NCBI GenBank assembly: GCA_963718665.1
Contig: OY970359.1
Location: forward strand, 2,400,001 to 2,464,000
Direction: 5' to 3'
DNA length: 64,000 bases
Source: an uncultured Phycisphaerales bacterium
GTDB taxonomy: Bacteria > Planctomycetota > Phycisphaerae > Sedimentisphaerales > Anaerobacaceae
Positions within the stretch are counted from its first letter, which is position 1. Every line of letters begins with the position of its first letter. A model generated the notes under the pieces. That model was not told where the DNA came from. It was given only the letters and a program-made list of their open reading frames with translations, and did no database searches. Of this stretch, positions 21,182 through 29,557 are shown in pieces. The position numbers were made by a program, and so were the translations under genes.

Positions 21182-21847
21182 ATGAAAAAGTTAATTTTAA
21201 TAATAGCTTTGCTGGCGCTAATGGCAACACCTGCGCTGGCGGCCCCAACTATCAACATCGGTAACCAAAGTCTCGGATACTGGAAGCAGGGCGACCCCGG
21301 CACTACATATCAAGTCTGGGATTTCACGCCAGCTTCCCAGAATCCAGGTAATCCTATCCAGTTCTTCCCTGAGCAAGAATTAAATCCCAATGACCCGGGC
21401 AATATGGTTTACGCACAGACACTTCCTGGTACCTGGGATGGAAGCAGCGCTCTCGTAAGCAGCGCGGACAACGGCAACAGGATTGTTGTAGACTTGAAAA
21501 TCAATAACTATGCAAACGCCAACCCCTATAAGTATATCTGGGTTGACTTAGGGCTAACAGGTGGCAGCATAGAAAATGCTACAGCGGCAGGAGATGATCC
21601 CACAGTCGACGTTACCTCCAGTCTCGTCGGATCTGCACCTAATGGAATAGGAACTAGTTTCGGCTTTTTACTCAGGCCAAATCCGAGCTTTGAAACAATA
21701 GTAATCACTATAGATGGTGGATCACTGGATTGGATTCACGTCGATACCATCTGCACCACCACCACCGTCCCTGCTCCGGGAGCAATTTTGCTGGGCAGCA
21801 TTGGCGTAGGTCTTGTCGGCTGGCTTCGAAGACGCAGGACTTTGTGA
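21182..21847 (+). CDS. PEP-CTERM-type (VPAPGA) exosortase substrate
   Basis: Signal peptide MKKLIL..ALA; identical 26-aa C-terminal sorting signal after a Thr run. Confidence 0.9.
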   Translation: MKKLILIIALLALMATPALAAPTINIGNQSLGYWKQGDPGTTYQVWDFTPASQNPGNPIQFFPEQELNPNDPGNMVYAQTLPGTWDGSSALVSSADNGNRIVVDLKINNYANANPYKYIWVDLGLTGGSIENATAAGDDPTVDVTSSLVGSAPNGIGTSFGFLLRPNPSFETIVITIDGGSLDWIHVDTICTTTTVPAPGAILLGSIGVGLVGWLRRRRTL

Positions 21848-21880
21848 ACTTTTGAAGTTGGAACTGTGATGTAAAGCAAA

Positions 21881-21915
21881 GGGGCTGGGAATTACGACCC
21901 AGCCCCGTTTTTTTT
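21881..21915 (+). terminator. Rho-independent terminator
   Basis: GGGGCTGGG/CCCAGCCCC stem followed by a T run. Confidence 0.85.
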
Positions 21916-21941
21916 GCGCAGGTTTATCCGCCGCCCTTCTA

Positions 21942-22013
21942 ACCGCCGAGACCGCGAAGCACGCAGAGGTTATTTTTTGTTTTTTTCTCTGCGTTCTCAG
22001 CGTGCTCTGCGGT
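21942..22013. repeat. Palindromic element with 27-bp, 9-nt-periodic arms (..CGCAGAG / CTCTGCG..)
   Basis: accgccgagaccgcgaagcacgcagag ... ctctgcgttctcagcgtgctctgcggt. Confidence 0.6.
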
Positions 22014-22027
22014 AAATTCTTCTGTTT

Positions 22028-22309
22028 TTACCACAGCCAGTTTGCTGCCATAATAGCCAGGTCATTAAGGTCTACAATTCCATCGTTGTTCAAATCCTCG
22101 ATGACCTGCACCTCACAGGTTGCCAAGTTGGGCCAGGTCAAGGAAATCTACTCTGCCGTCAACGTTGAGGTCGGCGATATTACCGTTTTTGCTCGCCTGA
22201 GACGTCCCGCCGTAGGCGCCCATATTGATTCGTTATAAATAATATTGGCGTCCGAGACCGAAACGGCAAGGCAGACAATCATTGTTGTTATTAAAACTTT
22301 ATGCTTATA
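22028..22309 (-). pseudogene. Internally deleted secreted-protein gene: signal peptide joined to RINMGAYGGT plus two dockerin-like repeats
   Basis: Minus strand: damaged start after AAGGAG, then KHKVLITTMIVCLAVSVSDA; other frames give RINMGAYGGTSQASKNGNIADLNVDGRVDFLDLAQLGNL* and EDLNNDGIVDLNDLAIMAANWLW*. Confidence 0.75.
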
Positions 22310-22328
22310 CGTATCCTCACTCCTTCTT

Positions 22329-23156
22329 TTAGGCCGGGGTGCAGAAACTAACAGTGGGGTTTCGCCAGCTCCCAATACCATCCCACCAGTTTGAGATGTG
22401 GTCAGTAATAGTCAGGTTCTGATATTTCTCCTTATACAATTCCAGCGCCATACCGTGAAGCCGGTGCATACAATCGAGTCCTCCAATTTGCCATGCGCGA
22501 ACACCTATACCCACTGCCTGACGTTCGGCTTGTGCAAAATTTGCCCTGTTCGCAGTCAGAAGCACTGTGAGCTTTTCGGCATCAGGCGTCAGAAGCACCT
22601 GCCAGCGGCGCCGGTCCTGCTCCTGTTGTGCAAACAGCCGGTTGAGCAGTTCCTCTCGGTTTCGTTGTCGTTCTTCCCGCTGGCGTTTGCCTTCGGCCAG
22701 GCGCTGGAGCCGGTGCTCTCGACTCGTGGGTGCAAGCGTCTCCAACATTGAGGCCAGAGGGTCTATGATAACCCACGTCAGGAACGTTACTGCCAACGTT
22801 CCAAGAGCAATACCAGAAAGGAACTGGGTGATTCTTGTCTCGCCGGCCATTGCGACGGCGCCGGTCAAAACACCCAGTAAAGGCACCGAGACGTAAAAAG
22901 CTAGGTAGGGGCCTGAGCTGGTAAGAGGGTGCTCAGCAGTCATTTTTTGGCCTGTGGCGGTTGCACCAAATATAGCGAACAGATACAAGCTGATTAACAG
23001 AAATATCAATAATGCCGATTGCCCGGATAGAGAAAATATGAGCCACCAGTTGAACCCCGCCTGGCGCATTATCAGCATCGAGAGATAACCCAGGCACACC
23101 ACAAACCAGATGGTGCCCGCAAGGTGAACCATTTTCAGCGTATTTCTCTGGTTCAT
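22329..23156 (-). CDS. Hypothetical membrane protein (about 4 TM segments, coiled coil, C-terminal GGxxxM..WDGIGxW domain)
   Basis: Hydrophobic N-terminal half and charged helix; lies downstream of wza on the same strand. Confidence 0.7.
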   Translation of the reverse strand: MNQRNTLKMVHLAGTIWFVVCLGYLSMLIMRQAGFNWWLIFSLSGQSALLIFLLISLYLFAIFGATATGQKMTAEHPLTSSGPYLAFYVSVPLLGVLTGAVAMAGETRITQFLSGIALGTLAVTFLTWVIIDPLASMLETLAPTSREHRLQRLAEGKRQREERQRNREELLNRLFAQQEQDRRRWQVLLTPDAEKLTVLLTANRANFAQAERQAVGIGVRAWQIGGLDCMHRLHGMALELYKEKYQNLTITDHISNWWDGIGSWRNPTVSFCTPA

Positions 23157-23215
23157 TTGCCCTCGTAGTCGCTTGACCGTAATACGGTAGTCAAGAGAAA
23201 GTCAGTCCATCTATA

Positions 23216-24007
23216 TTATTGTCCTTGTTGTTGTACGTAGTTGCCATAGCCACTGACGTTCTGCTGGTTAGTACCTCCAAAACCACTTTGCATGATATAG
23301 ACACCTGAAAAGGCCCTTGCGATGGGTCTGATTACCTCTTCTATCTTCATGCTTATTGCGGAGAGCACCGTTGGTGGGACATATATAACGTCGCCTTCCT
23401 GCAACAAAACGTTCTTGCCAAGCTCACCGTGCGCCATCATCCTGTCGAAGTCCACTTCAAATATCTTTGCTTTCACTTTTTCGTCCCCCGAGGGTCTTAT
23501 CACCTGGACTCTTCCCAGCCACGCCATCGGGTTAGGTTGTGCATCGGAAATGGCCGACATCACGCTGTCGCGACCAGTGTAGAGTTTAGACCCGGGCTGA
23601 TAGACCTGGCCGAGAACATAAAACACCTTGCTTTTGAAGGCGATGACGCGAACCTCGATGGGTTGGTCGCCGACGAGTGCATAAAGCGTTGAAGCTTTCT
23701 TCTGGATAGCGGCGGCAACTTCCTCCGGTGTTTTCCCTGCTGCCTGGAACTCGCCAAGTATCTCAAAGCTGAGTTTGCCGTCGGGCCGAATTCGCATACG
23801 CTGTGCATTTAACTCGGGGATTCTGGCGCAGTGCACTTCAATCTCATCCGGAGGTTGAAGAATATACTTTTCTGCGGTGACATCGGTCTGGTAGGGCTTC
23901 AAAAAAGCCTGTATATCTCGTGGATTCGATGAAAAACAGCCCGTAATAAAAAAAACAGTTGTCAAGAGCAGGAATGCGCGTATAATCCTGATTTGTAAAG
24001 ATAGCAT
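23216..24007 (-). CDS. wza: Polysaccharide export lipoprotein (Wza/OPX family, SLBB domain)
   Basis: Lipobox FITGC; YILQPPDEI, IRPDGKLS and LQEGDVIYVP motifs; AGGAG SD before ATG at 24007. Confidence 0.85.
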   Translation of the reverse strand: MLSLQIRIIRAFLLLTTVFFITGCFSSNPRDIQAFLKPYQTDVTAEKYILQPPDEIEVHCARIPELNAQRMRIRPDGKLSFEILGEFQAAGKTPEEVAAAIQKKASTLYALVGDQPIEVRVIAFKSKVFYVLGQVYQPGSKLYTGRDSVMSAISDAQPNPMAWLGRVQVIRPSGDEKVKAKIFEVDFDRMMAHGELGKNVLLQEGDVIYVPPTVLSAISMKIEEVIRPIARAFSGVYIMQSGFGGTNQQNVSGYGNYVQQQGQ

Positions 24008-24289
24008 TTTATTAGCTCCTTTCCCTTTTGTTATGTAATCCGTTGTTTTCACAAAGCCCATAATTGGCGCAACACTCTCCTTTTCATGAAATTATTATAT
24101 TATTATATCAATTGCTACGGCTTATGTCAAATTATTTATGAGATTTCTGGGTTGGTTTATGAAGAGGGGCGAGAACCCGAGGGGGTTTGGGGGAGAAACT
24201 CCCCCATGTTGTCGGGGTGACCGTCGCAGGCGGACCAGAGGGGCAGAGCCCCTATGGAGAGCGAACGAAAGTGAGCGATGGGTTCAATG

Positions 24290-24316
24290 CCTAAGGCAGG
24301 AGCCCCTTCGGCCTCG
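24290..24316 (+). repeat. Degenerate tRNA-Asp 3' end (att-like direct repeat)
   Basis: gagccccttcggcctcg at 24300-24316 is identical to 28327-28343; preceded by gggttc plus a 14-nt insert. Confidence 0.7.
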
Positions 24317-24587
24317 TTGTTGCAATTTGAGGGCTGGTAAGCAGTTACGTTTGCCAGCTCTTTTGCATTTATGACCGTAGTATATAAAAATTCGTCTTAC
24401 GTTAAGTATTTAGTAAAGCTAATCTTATAATCAGCTTGTTTTGTTGAAGCTGGTCGATTTTCCAGCAGTTATGCAGTATAATTCATTTATCGGAAACGTC
24501 TTGGTGGGCTTTTGAAATCATACAGAAAGGCGGCCTGATGGATTGGATGAATATTTTTACAGTACGAGAATATCTTCTTTCCTATCC

Positions 24588-24725
24588 TTCAAATCACTCA
24601 CACGAACCGGTATCAGCAAAATCTCCGACCGCGGCCTCGGCATAGACCGATTCCGCCTTCTCACCCACTCCGAAATCAACTACCTCCGGAAATCCACCGC
24701 CGAAAAACACCCGGCTAAGGATTAA
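24588..24725 (+). pseudogene. C-terminal fragment of an RsuA/RluB-family pseudouridine synthase
   Basis: KSLTRTGISKISDRGLGIDRFRLLTHSEINYLRK resembles the L-x-R-x-x-IG...L-x-x-G-x-x-R-x-LT-x-x-E C-terminus; no N-terminal part is present. Confidence 0.5.
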
Positions 24726-27567
24726 CATTAACCACATCGCGTCCGCTGAAACTGGCAAAATCGATTCCAAAAACCGTCTCGCCGGCAGCAGTTGCGAAAT
24801 TGGTCTTATTTATCGTCAGCGTAAACGTGCATTTGTTGAAATCAAAAGTCGCGGAGGCAATCCCTATAAGGGTGGAAGAATCATATAATTTCACCTTCGA
24901 GCAGGTGAATTTGTTTTTCCCGGCTTTGAAATTTCCCTCCGGTATCGTAAATGTCTGTGAACCAACGGTAACAGAGAACGAATGCGTTGCCATATTCTCA
25001 TCGTTAAGGTTTTCCACGGAGAACCCGCCGCTGACAGCAATCTGGGTGATGTTGCTCGTTATCTTATTGCGCGTGAATTTTGGCTTACCATCAACCCGCA
25101 GAGAATCCTTCACGCCCATCAAAAGGTTAATGGGTATGGGCGTTTTGGGGCCGTTGACTATTGTCTCGTTGACTTCGGCTGTCCCTGTCCAACCCCCAAC
25201 ATCTATCTCAATACCAACAGGGCAGGAAAGCCCCGTGAGGTCCACATTACTCGCCGAGAAGGAAAACGTCGTCTTCCTGGTATCGAAAGCAAAAGACATC
25301 TTCGAAGGTTTACTGGTTATCGTGCTGCTGAATTTGCCCTTCTTTAATGTCTTATTGTTGACTGGGAAGGTGAAAACACATGGGTCCATATCCTCAGCAT
25401 TCTCAGCTCTAATTGTAACCTCGACATTGGCATCGCTTGAGTTATTGGCGTCATTGAAATCATCCGCTGTGGCGCCCATCGTCCCTGAAAAGGAAATATT
25501 ATCGCTATTTACCTTACTGCCTGCAGTAACAGTGCATTTGATAATTGACACGGTATTTGAATTCGTGGAGACATAACCGGAATCCGATAAGCTGAAATCA
25601 CTTATCCCGCAACTGTTCTTGGCCTTGACCCAGTAGTAATACGTCGTCCCAGAGGTTACGCCGGAGTCATCAAAAGGCGATGTGTTGCTATCGCCTAACT
25701 TCGATGCCGAACCTGAACTTTTGCTGGTGCTGCGCCAGACCTCGTAACCGGTGGCATCTGAAGCCGAATCCCATGTTATTCTAATATGGTCGTTATATGT
25801 TCCATCGGTAGCAGATACGCCTGTGGGGGCCGATGGCACAGTGCAGGACGGTGAAGCATATCCTGAATCTGACGAGCTAAAGCCGCTTGTCCCGCAACTG
25901 TTCTTGGCCTTGACCCAGTAGTAATACGGTATGCCGGTAGATACGTTGCTGTCATCAAAAGGCGATGTATAATCACCTAACTTAAAGGCCGAACCTGAAT
26001 TGTTGCTGGTGTTGCGCCAGACCTCGTAATCGGTGGCGTCTGAAGCCGAATCCCATGTTACTATAATATGGTCGTTATATGTTCCATCGGTAGCAGATAC
26101 ACTTGTGGGAGCCGATGGCACAGTGCAGGACGGTGGTGGGGGTGGGGGTGGCGGCGTGGTCGTATGAGCATACCCTGAGTCCGACAAGCTAAAATCACTC
26201 GTCCCGCAGTCATTCCTGGCTTTCACCCAGTAGTAATACGTCGTCCCGGGAGTTACGCTGCTGTCACCAAAAGGTGATATTGTGGAATCACCTAACTTCG
26301 ATGCTGAGCTTGAATCGCTGTCATTGCTGCGCCAGACCTCATAGGCGGTGGCCCCGGAAACAGAATTCCAGGTGACCCGAACCTTATCTGTGTAAGTCCC
26401 GTCGCTGGCCGATACGCCTGTAGGAGCTGATGGAGGGGTGCAGATGGACTGCCAGGCGAGTTTTGGGTAATCCACGCCGGAGATTTGCCAGACAGAAGTG
26501 AAGTCCCACCCGGCGAAACTACTTTGCTGCTTCATTTGAGTATTCGTTAACGGCGTCCCAATACCGTTGTCAGGCCCGGCAGTATCCAGAAAATAGCTGT
26601 TTAAGATAAAGGTGCCATTATCGTCGTAAGTGAGATTGGTCCCAACCAGTCCGCCGATATCGGCATTATTAACTTCGACAGATACACTATCTGTTGAGTA
26701 GCAGTTGTTGATATCTCCCCAAAAGTTTATCCCTACCAGACCGCCGATACTCATGCAATTAGCTTCGTTTGTAACAGTCCCCGCCGAGTAACAATTTACG
26801 ATAATGCCTAAATAGTTTTTCCCTACCAGACCGCCGATGTATGAACTATTATTTCCGCCGGTAACAGCACTTGTCGAAAAACACATGTTGATAACACCAT
26901 TGCCGTAAATACCTCCTGCAAACCCGCCGATATAATTCGCATCATTGCCGCCGCTGACGGTACCTGCCGAATACGAATCGATAATATTGCCATCGTTAAC
27001 TTCCACCCCCACCAGCCCGCCCATATAGAAGGAATTATTTCCCCCGGCAACATCGCTATCAGAAAAACAGTTGCTGATAGTGCCCGCGTCTTCCCCTGCC
27101 AGTCCGCCGATAAAAGCTGAACCATTTCCGCCGGAGATGCTGAAATTTTCCAGCTGGAGATTTTCTATCTTACCCCCGGAACCAACAAATCCGAATAGTC
27201 CCAGGTAATTATTTCCGATTCCGCCGGTATTTATGGTCAGATTGCTGATTGTATGGCCGTTACCATCGAAAACACCGATGAACCTAACCCCGTCGAAACT
27301 GCTGTTTGTATTGTCCGTATCGGGCGCAATTATTGCGGCTGTAAATGTACCGGATGCGCTGAGGTCAATATCAGCCGTAAGAACAAAATTTGCGCCGTAA
27401 TCGCCTGTACTTAATGTCAGCAGGTCCGTCGCTGTGCCGATTTTGTATGGATCACCTGAAGTGCCCGACCCGCCGGAGTATTTGGCAAGGCAGACTTGGC
27501 CAAACAAAACCATCGCCGCAACAAACACAATTATCTGCCGTTTGGATATTCTTGTTTCTGAGTTCAT
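24715..27567 (-). CDS. Secreted surface protein with GLUG-type repeats and three FN3-like repeats
   Basis: Signal peptide, YSGGSGT..DPY, repeated IGGLVG, a Pro8 linker and three PSAPTGVSA..YYYWVKA units. Confidence 0.85.
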   Translation of the reverse strand: MNSETRISKRQIIVFVAAMVLFGQVCLAKYSGGSGTSGDPYKIGTATDLLTLSTGDYGANFVLTADIDLSASGTFTAAIIAPDTDNTNSSFDGVRFIGVFDGNGHTISNLTINTGGIGNNYLGLFGFVGSGGKIENLQLENFSISGGNGSAFIGGLAGEDAGTISNCFSDSDVAGGNNSFYMGGLVGVEVNDGNIIDSYSAGTVSGGNDANYIGGFAGGIYGNGVINMCFSTSAVTGGNNSSYIGGLVGKNYLGIIVNCYSAGTVTNEANCMSIGGLVGINFWGDINNCYSTDSVSVEVNNADIGGLVGTNLTYDDNGTFILNSYFLDTAGPDNGIGTPLTNTQMKQQSSFAGWDFTSVWQISGVDYPKLAWQSICTPPSAPTGVSASDGTYTDKVRVTWNSVSGATAYEVWRSNDSDSSSASKLGDSTISPFGDSSVTPGTTYYYWVKARNDCGTSDFSLSDSGYAHTTTPPPPPPPPSCTVPSAPTSVSATDGTYNDHIIVTWDSASDATDYEVWRNTSNNSGSAFKLGDYTSPFDDSNVSTGIPYYYWVKAKNSCGTSGFSSSDSGYASPSCTVPSAPTGVSATDGTYNDHIRITWDSASDATGYEVWRSTSKSSGSASKLGDSNTSPFDDSGVTSGTTYYYWVKAKNSCGISDFSLSDSGYVSTNSNTVSIIKCTVTAGSKVNSDNISFSGTMGATADDFNDANNSSDANVEVTIRAENAEDMDPCVFTFPVNNKTLKKGKFSSTITSKPSKMSFAFDTRKTTFSFSASNVDLTGLSCPVGIEIDVGGWTGTAEVNETIVNGPKTPIPINLLMGVKDSLRVDGKPKFTRNKITSNITQIAVSGGFSVENLNDENMATHSFSVTVGSQTFTIPEGNFKAGKNKFTCSKVKLYDSSTLIGIASATFDFNKCTFTLTINKTNFATAAGETVFGIDFASFSGRDVVNVNP

Positions 27568-28295
27568 TAGATATTTCCTTTAAATTTTCGAATTCAAAAT
27601 TTAATTATACACTGTCAAAATCATACCATAACAACCCCCTATTTCAACCACAAAACCACATGCTTACCCATTTTGCAAAACAAAGAAAAGCATTGCGCCA
27701 GCCCTTCCGAATCACGTTTTTATCGGATGTTCCTGAGTGCCGTAAGAAGAATTAAAAAAGTTTACTGTTAAATATCAGCAGAAGCTGAATGTTCGCTTTG
27801 CACAATTCAACAGGATGTAGATTGTAATCTGAATAGCCGCGAAAAACCCGGCAAATGATCAAAGAGCAACACTATAAAAAGGATAATCGCGTGCAAAACC
27901 GGCTCAAACCCTGTACTATAAAAAAACTCATCCGACGTGAAGTTTTGAGGACACCTGACCTTAAAGCAGCTTATTTCATTGAAATTGGTCAACGTAACGT
28001 AGTCTTCTTATACGGCTTAAGCCACCGCGCACCATTTTTTCCGGAAGGTATTTTTCGTGTGAAGCGGCCACGAGCGTGCCCCCGCTAGTGGATCACAGAG
28101 ATAACTTTCTGGCCCACAGGGGAACAGTTCTCAATAGCGTTTTGCTTAAGTAAAAAAGATTAATCCGAGCCATCGATTTGCAACAGACATGCTCGTTTGA
28201 GCTACTGTTACGCTTCGGTTGCGCTTCGGTCAGCATCATAAGTCTTTATTTGACAAGCATAAACCGTTTATTCACAAATACTTACAAAACCCCGA

Positions 28296-28343
28296 ATCGG
28301 ACTGTCGATCCGAAGGTTGAGGGTTCGAGCCCCTTCGGCCTCG
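28296..28343 (+). tRNA. tRNA-Asp(GTC) 3' fragment (anticodon arm to discriminator); not an intact gene
   Basis: tcgga-ctGTCga-tccga, aggtt, gaggg-ttcgagc-ccctt, cggcctc-G; no D-arm or 5' acceptor strand upstream. Confidence 0.8.
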
Positions 28344-28406
28344 CTTGCAGAAATAAAACATGATGCCTTTGCGGCGACCTGTTTTGTTGAGCCAATCATC
28401 AGGATA

Positions 28407-29543
28407 TCATCTGGGTTTGCTATACCATTCTTTTACGATTTTCTCCGCCGGCTTTCCGTATATGCAGAAGGTCGTATCGCTTTTCGCTTTTTCGAGCGAA
28501 TAAAGGTCGGTGTGCCAGTCCCACCATGCGTAACCGATGAACCATGGCTCGTCCCAGAAGGTTTCCAGCATCACCTGGTAAAATCTCGCCTGTTCATCGC
28601 CGTCGTAAACCATCGTATTGGGGTCGTTGTGAGTCCAGGGGATGGCGCTGCACCCCTTGGCACTGCACATCCCAAGCTCGATGAAAAATACCGGGCGATT
28701 AAATTTCTGGCTTACCTTGCGCAGATTTTCTTTTACCGGCATCACTCTTCGCCTAAGCGCCTCTAATGTGGTATCTGACGGCAGAACATTGTTAAGGTCT
28801 TTCATTGCCGTCTGCACATCATCTGTCCCTATCGGGTAGTATCCGCTTACGCCTATGACGTCCGTCGCGTCCCACCATCTTATTTTGATTTCATCGCCGT
28901 GATTGGTGTTGTAAGTAACTGCGCCGGGATAAATCTTTCGTATCTCGGCAATCAAATCCCGCCAGCGGTTGACGAACGGCTCAGTTGTCGTCATCTCGCA
29001 TCCTAAGCACAGCATTTCGCAGTTTGTTTCTTTGGCAAGCTGGGCGTAATGCAGAAGAAACCGGTCGAACTCGGCCCACCATTGCGCCCACAGCTCCGAG
29101 TCGATGGTTTTGCCGTCCGATTTTCTAAATTGAATATATCCTCGCCATGTGCCGTCCCGCACGTTGACTGTGGGCTTGAGGATGACTTTGAGATTATTCT
29201 TGCGTGCAAGCTCAATAGCCCCGCGAATTTCATTGTCCGTAGCCATACACGGGTCGTTTTCGCCCCAGAAGATATTCGGCTCATTTGGCTTGTTCATTTC
29301 CGCGCCAAAAGCGATACAGACCCAGTTGGCGCCCGTATCGGCCAGCTTCTTCATCGACTCAGCCGGCGCATCGCCGAGATATTGTCCCCGCGTCCCCGTC
29401 CAGCCCCAGCTATGACCCTTTATAAAACCCGTCGGCGAATATGTGCTGGTAAACTTGGAGGGCTGATTTGCATCTGCTGCGAACGCAGATGATGCAATAC
29501 ATAAAACAGAGGTCACAAGACAAAGCGATATTCTTTTAATCAC
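28407..29543 (-). CDS. Glycoside hydrolase family 113 (beta-mannanase-like)
   Basis: Signal peptide; VILKP, WRG, LGCEM, YNTNH, FIELG and WWDW motifs. Confidence 0.8.
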   Translation of the reverse strand: MIKRISLCLVTSVLCIASSAFAADANQPSKFTSTYSPTGFIKGHSWGWTGTRGQYLGDAPAESMKKLADTGANWVCIAFGAEMNKPNEPNIFWGENDPCMATDNEIRGAIELARKNNLKVILKPTVNVRDGTWRGYIQFRKSDGKTIDSELWAQWWAEFDRFLLHYAQLAKETNCEMLCLGCEMTTTEPFVNRWRDLIAEIRKIYPGAVTYNTNHGDEIKIRWWDATDVIGVSGYYPIGTDDVQTAMKDLNNVLPSDTTLEALRRRVMPVKENLRKVSQKFNRPVFFIELGMCSAKGCSAIPWTHNDPNTMVYDGDEQARFYQVMLETFWDEPWFIGYAWWDWHTDLYSLEKAKSDTTFCIYGKPAEKIVKEWYSKPR

Positions 29544-29557
29544 AGTTACATCTCCAA

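Noticed and set aside
24138..24374. 78-aa ORF
   Set aside because: Runs through stacked hairpins and the tRNA remnant; no protein-like features
25560..26440. CRISPR array or diversity-generating retroelement TR/VR pair
   Set aside because: Repeats are in-frame protein modules without spacers; no cas or reverse transcriptase gene in the window
27600..28200. Short ORFs as integrase or transposase remnants
   Set aside because: No recognisable recombinase or DDE motifs in the listed frames; cannot be supported without BLASTX
28270..28343. Intact tRNA gene
   Set aside because: No D-arm or 5' acceptor strand complementary to cggcctc; only the 3' part is present
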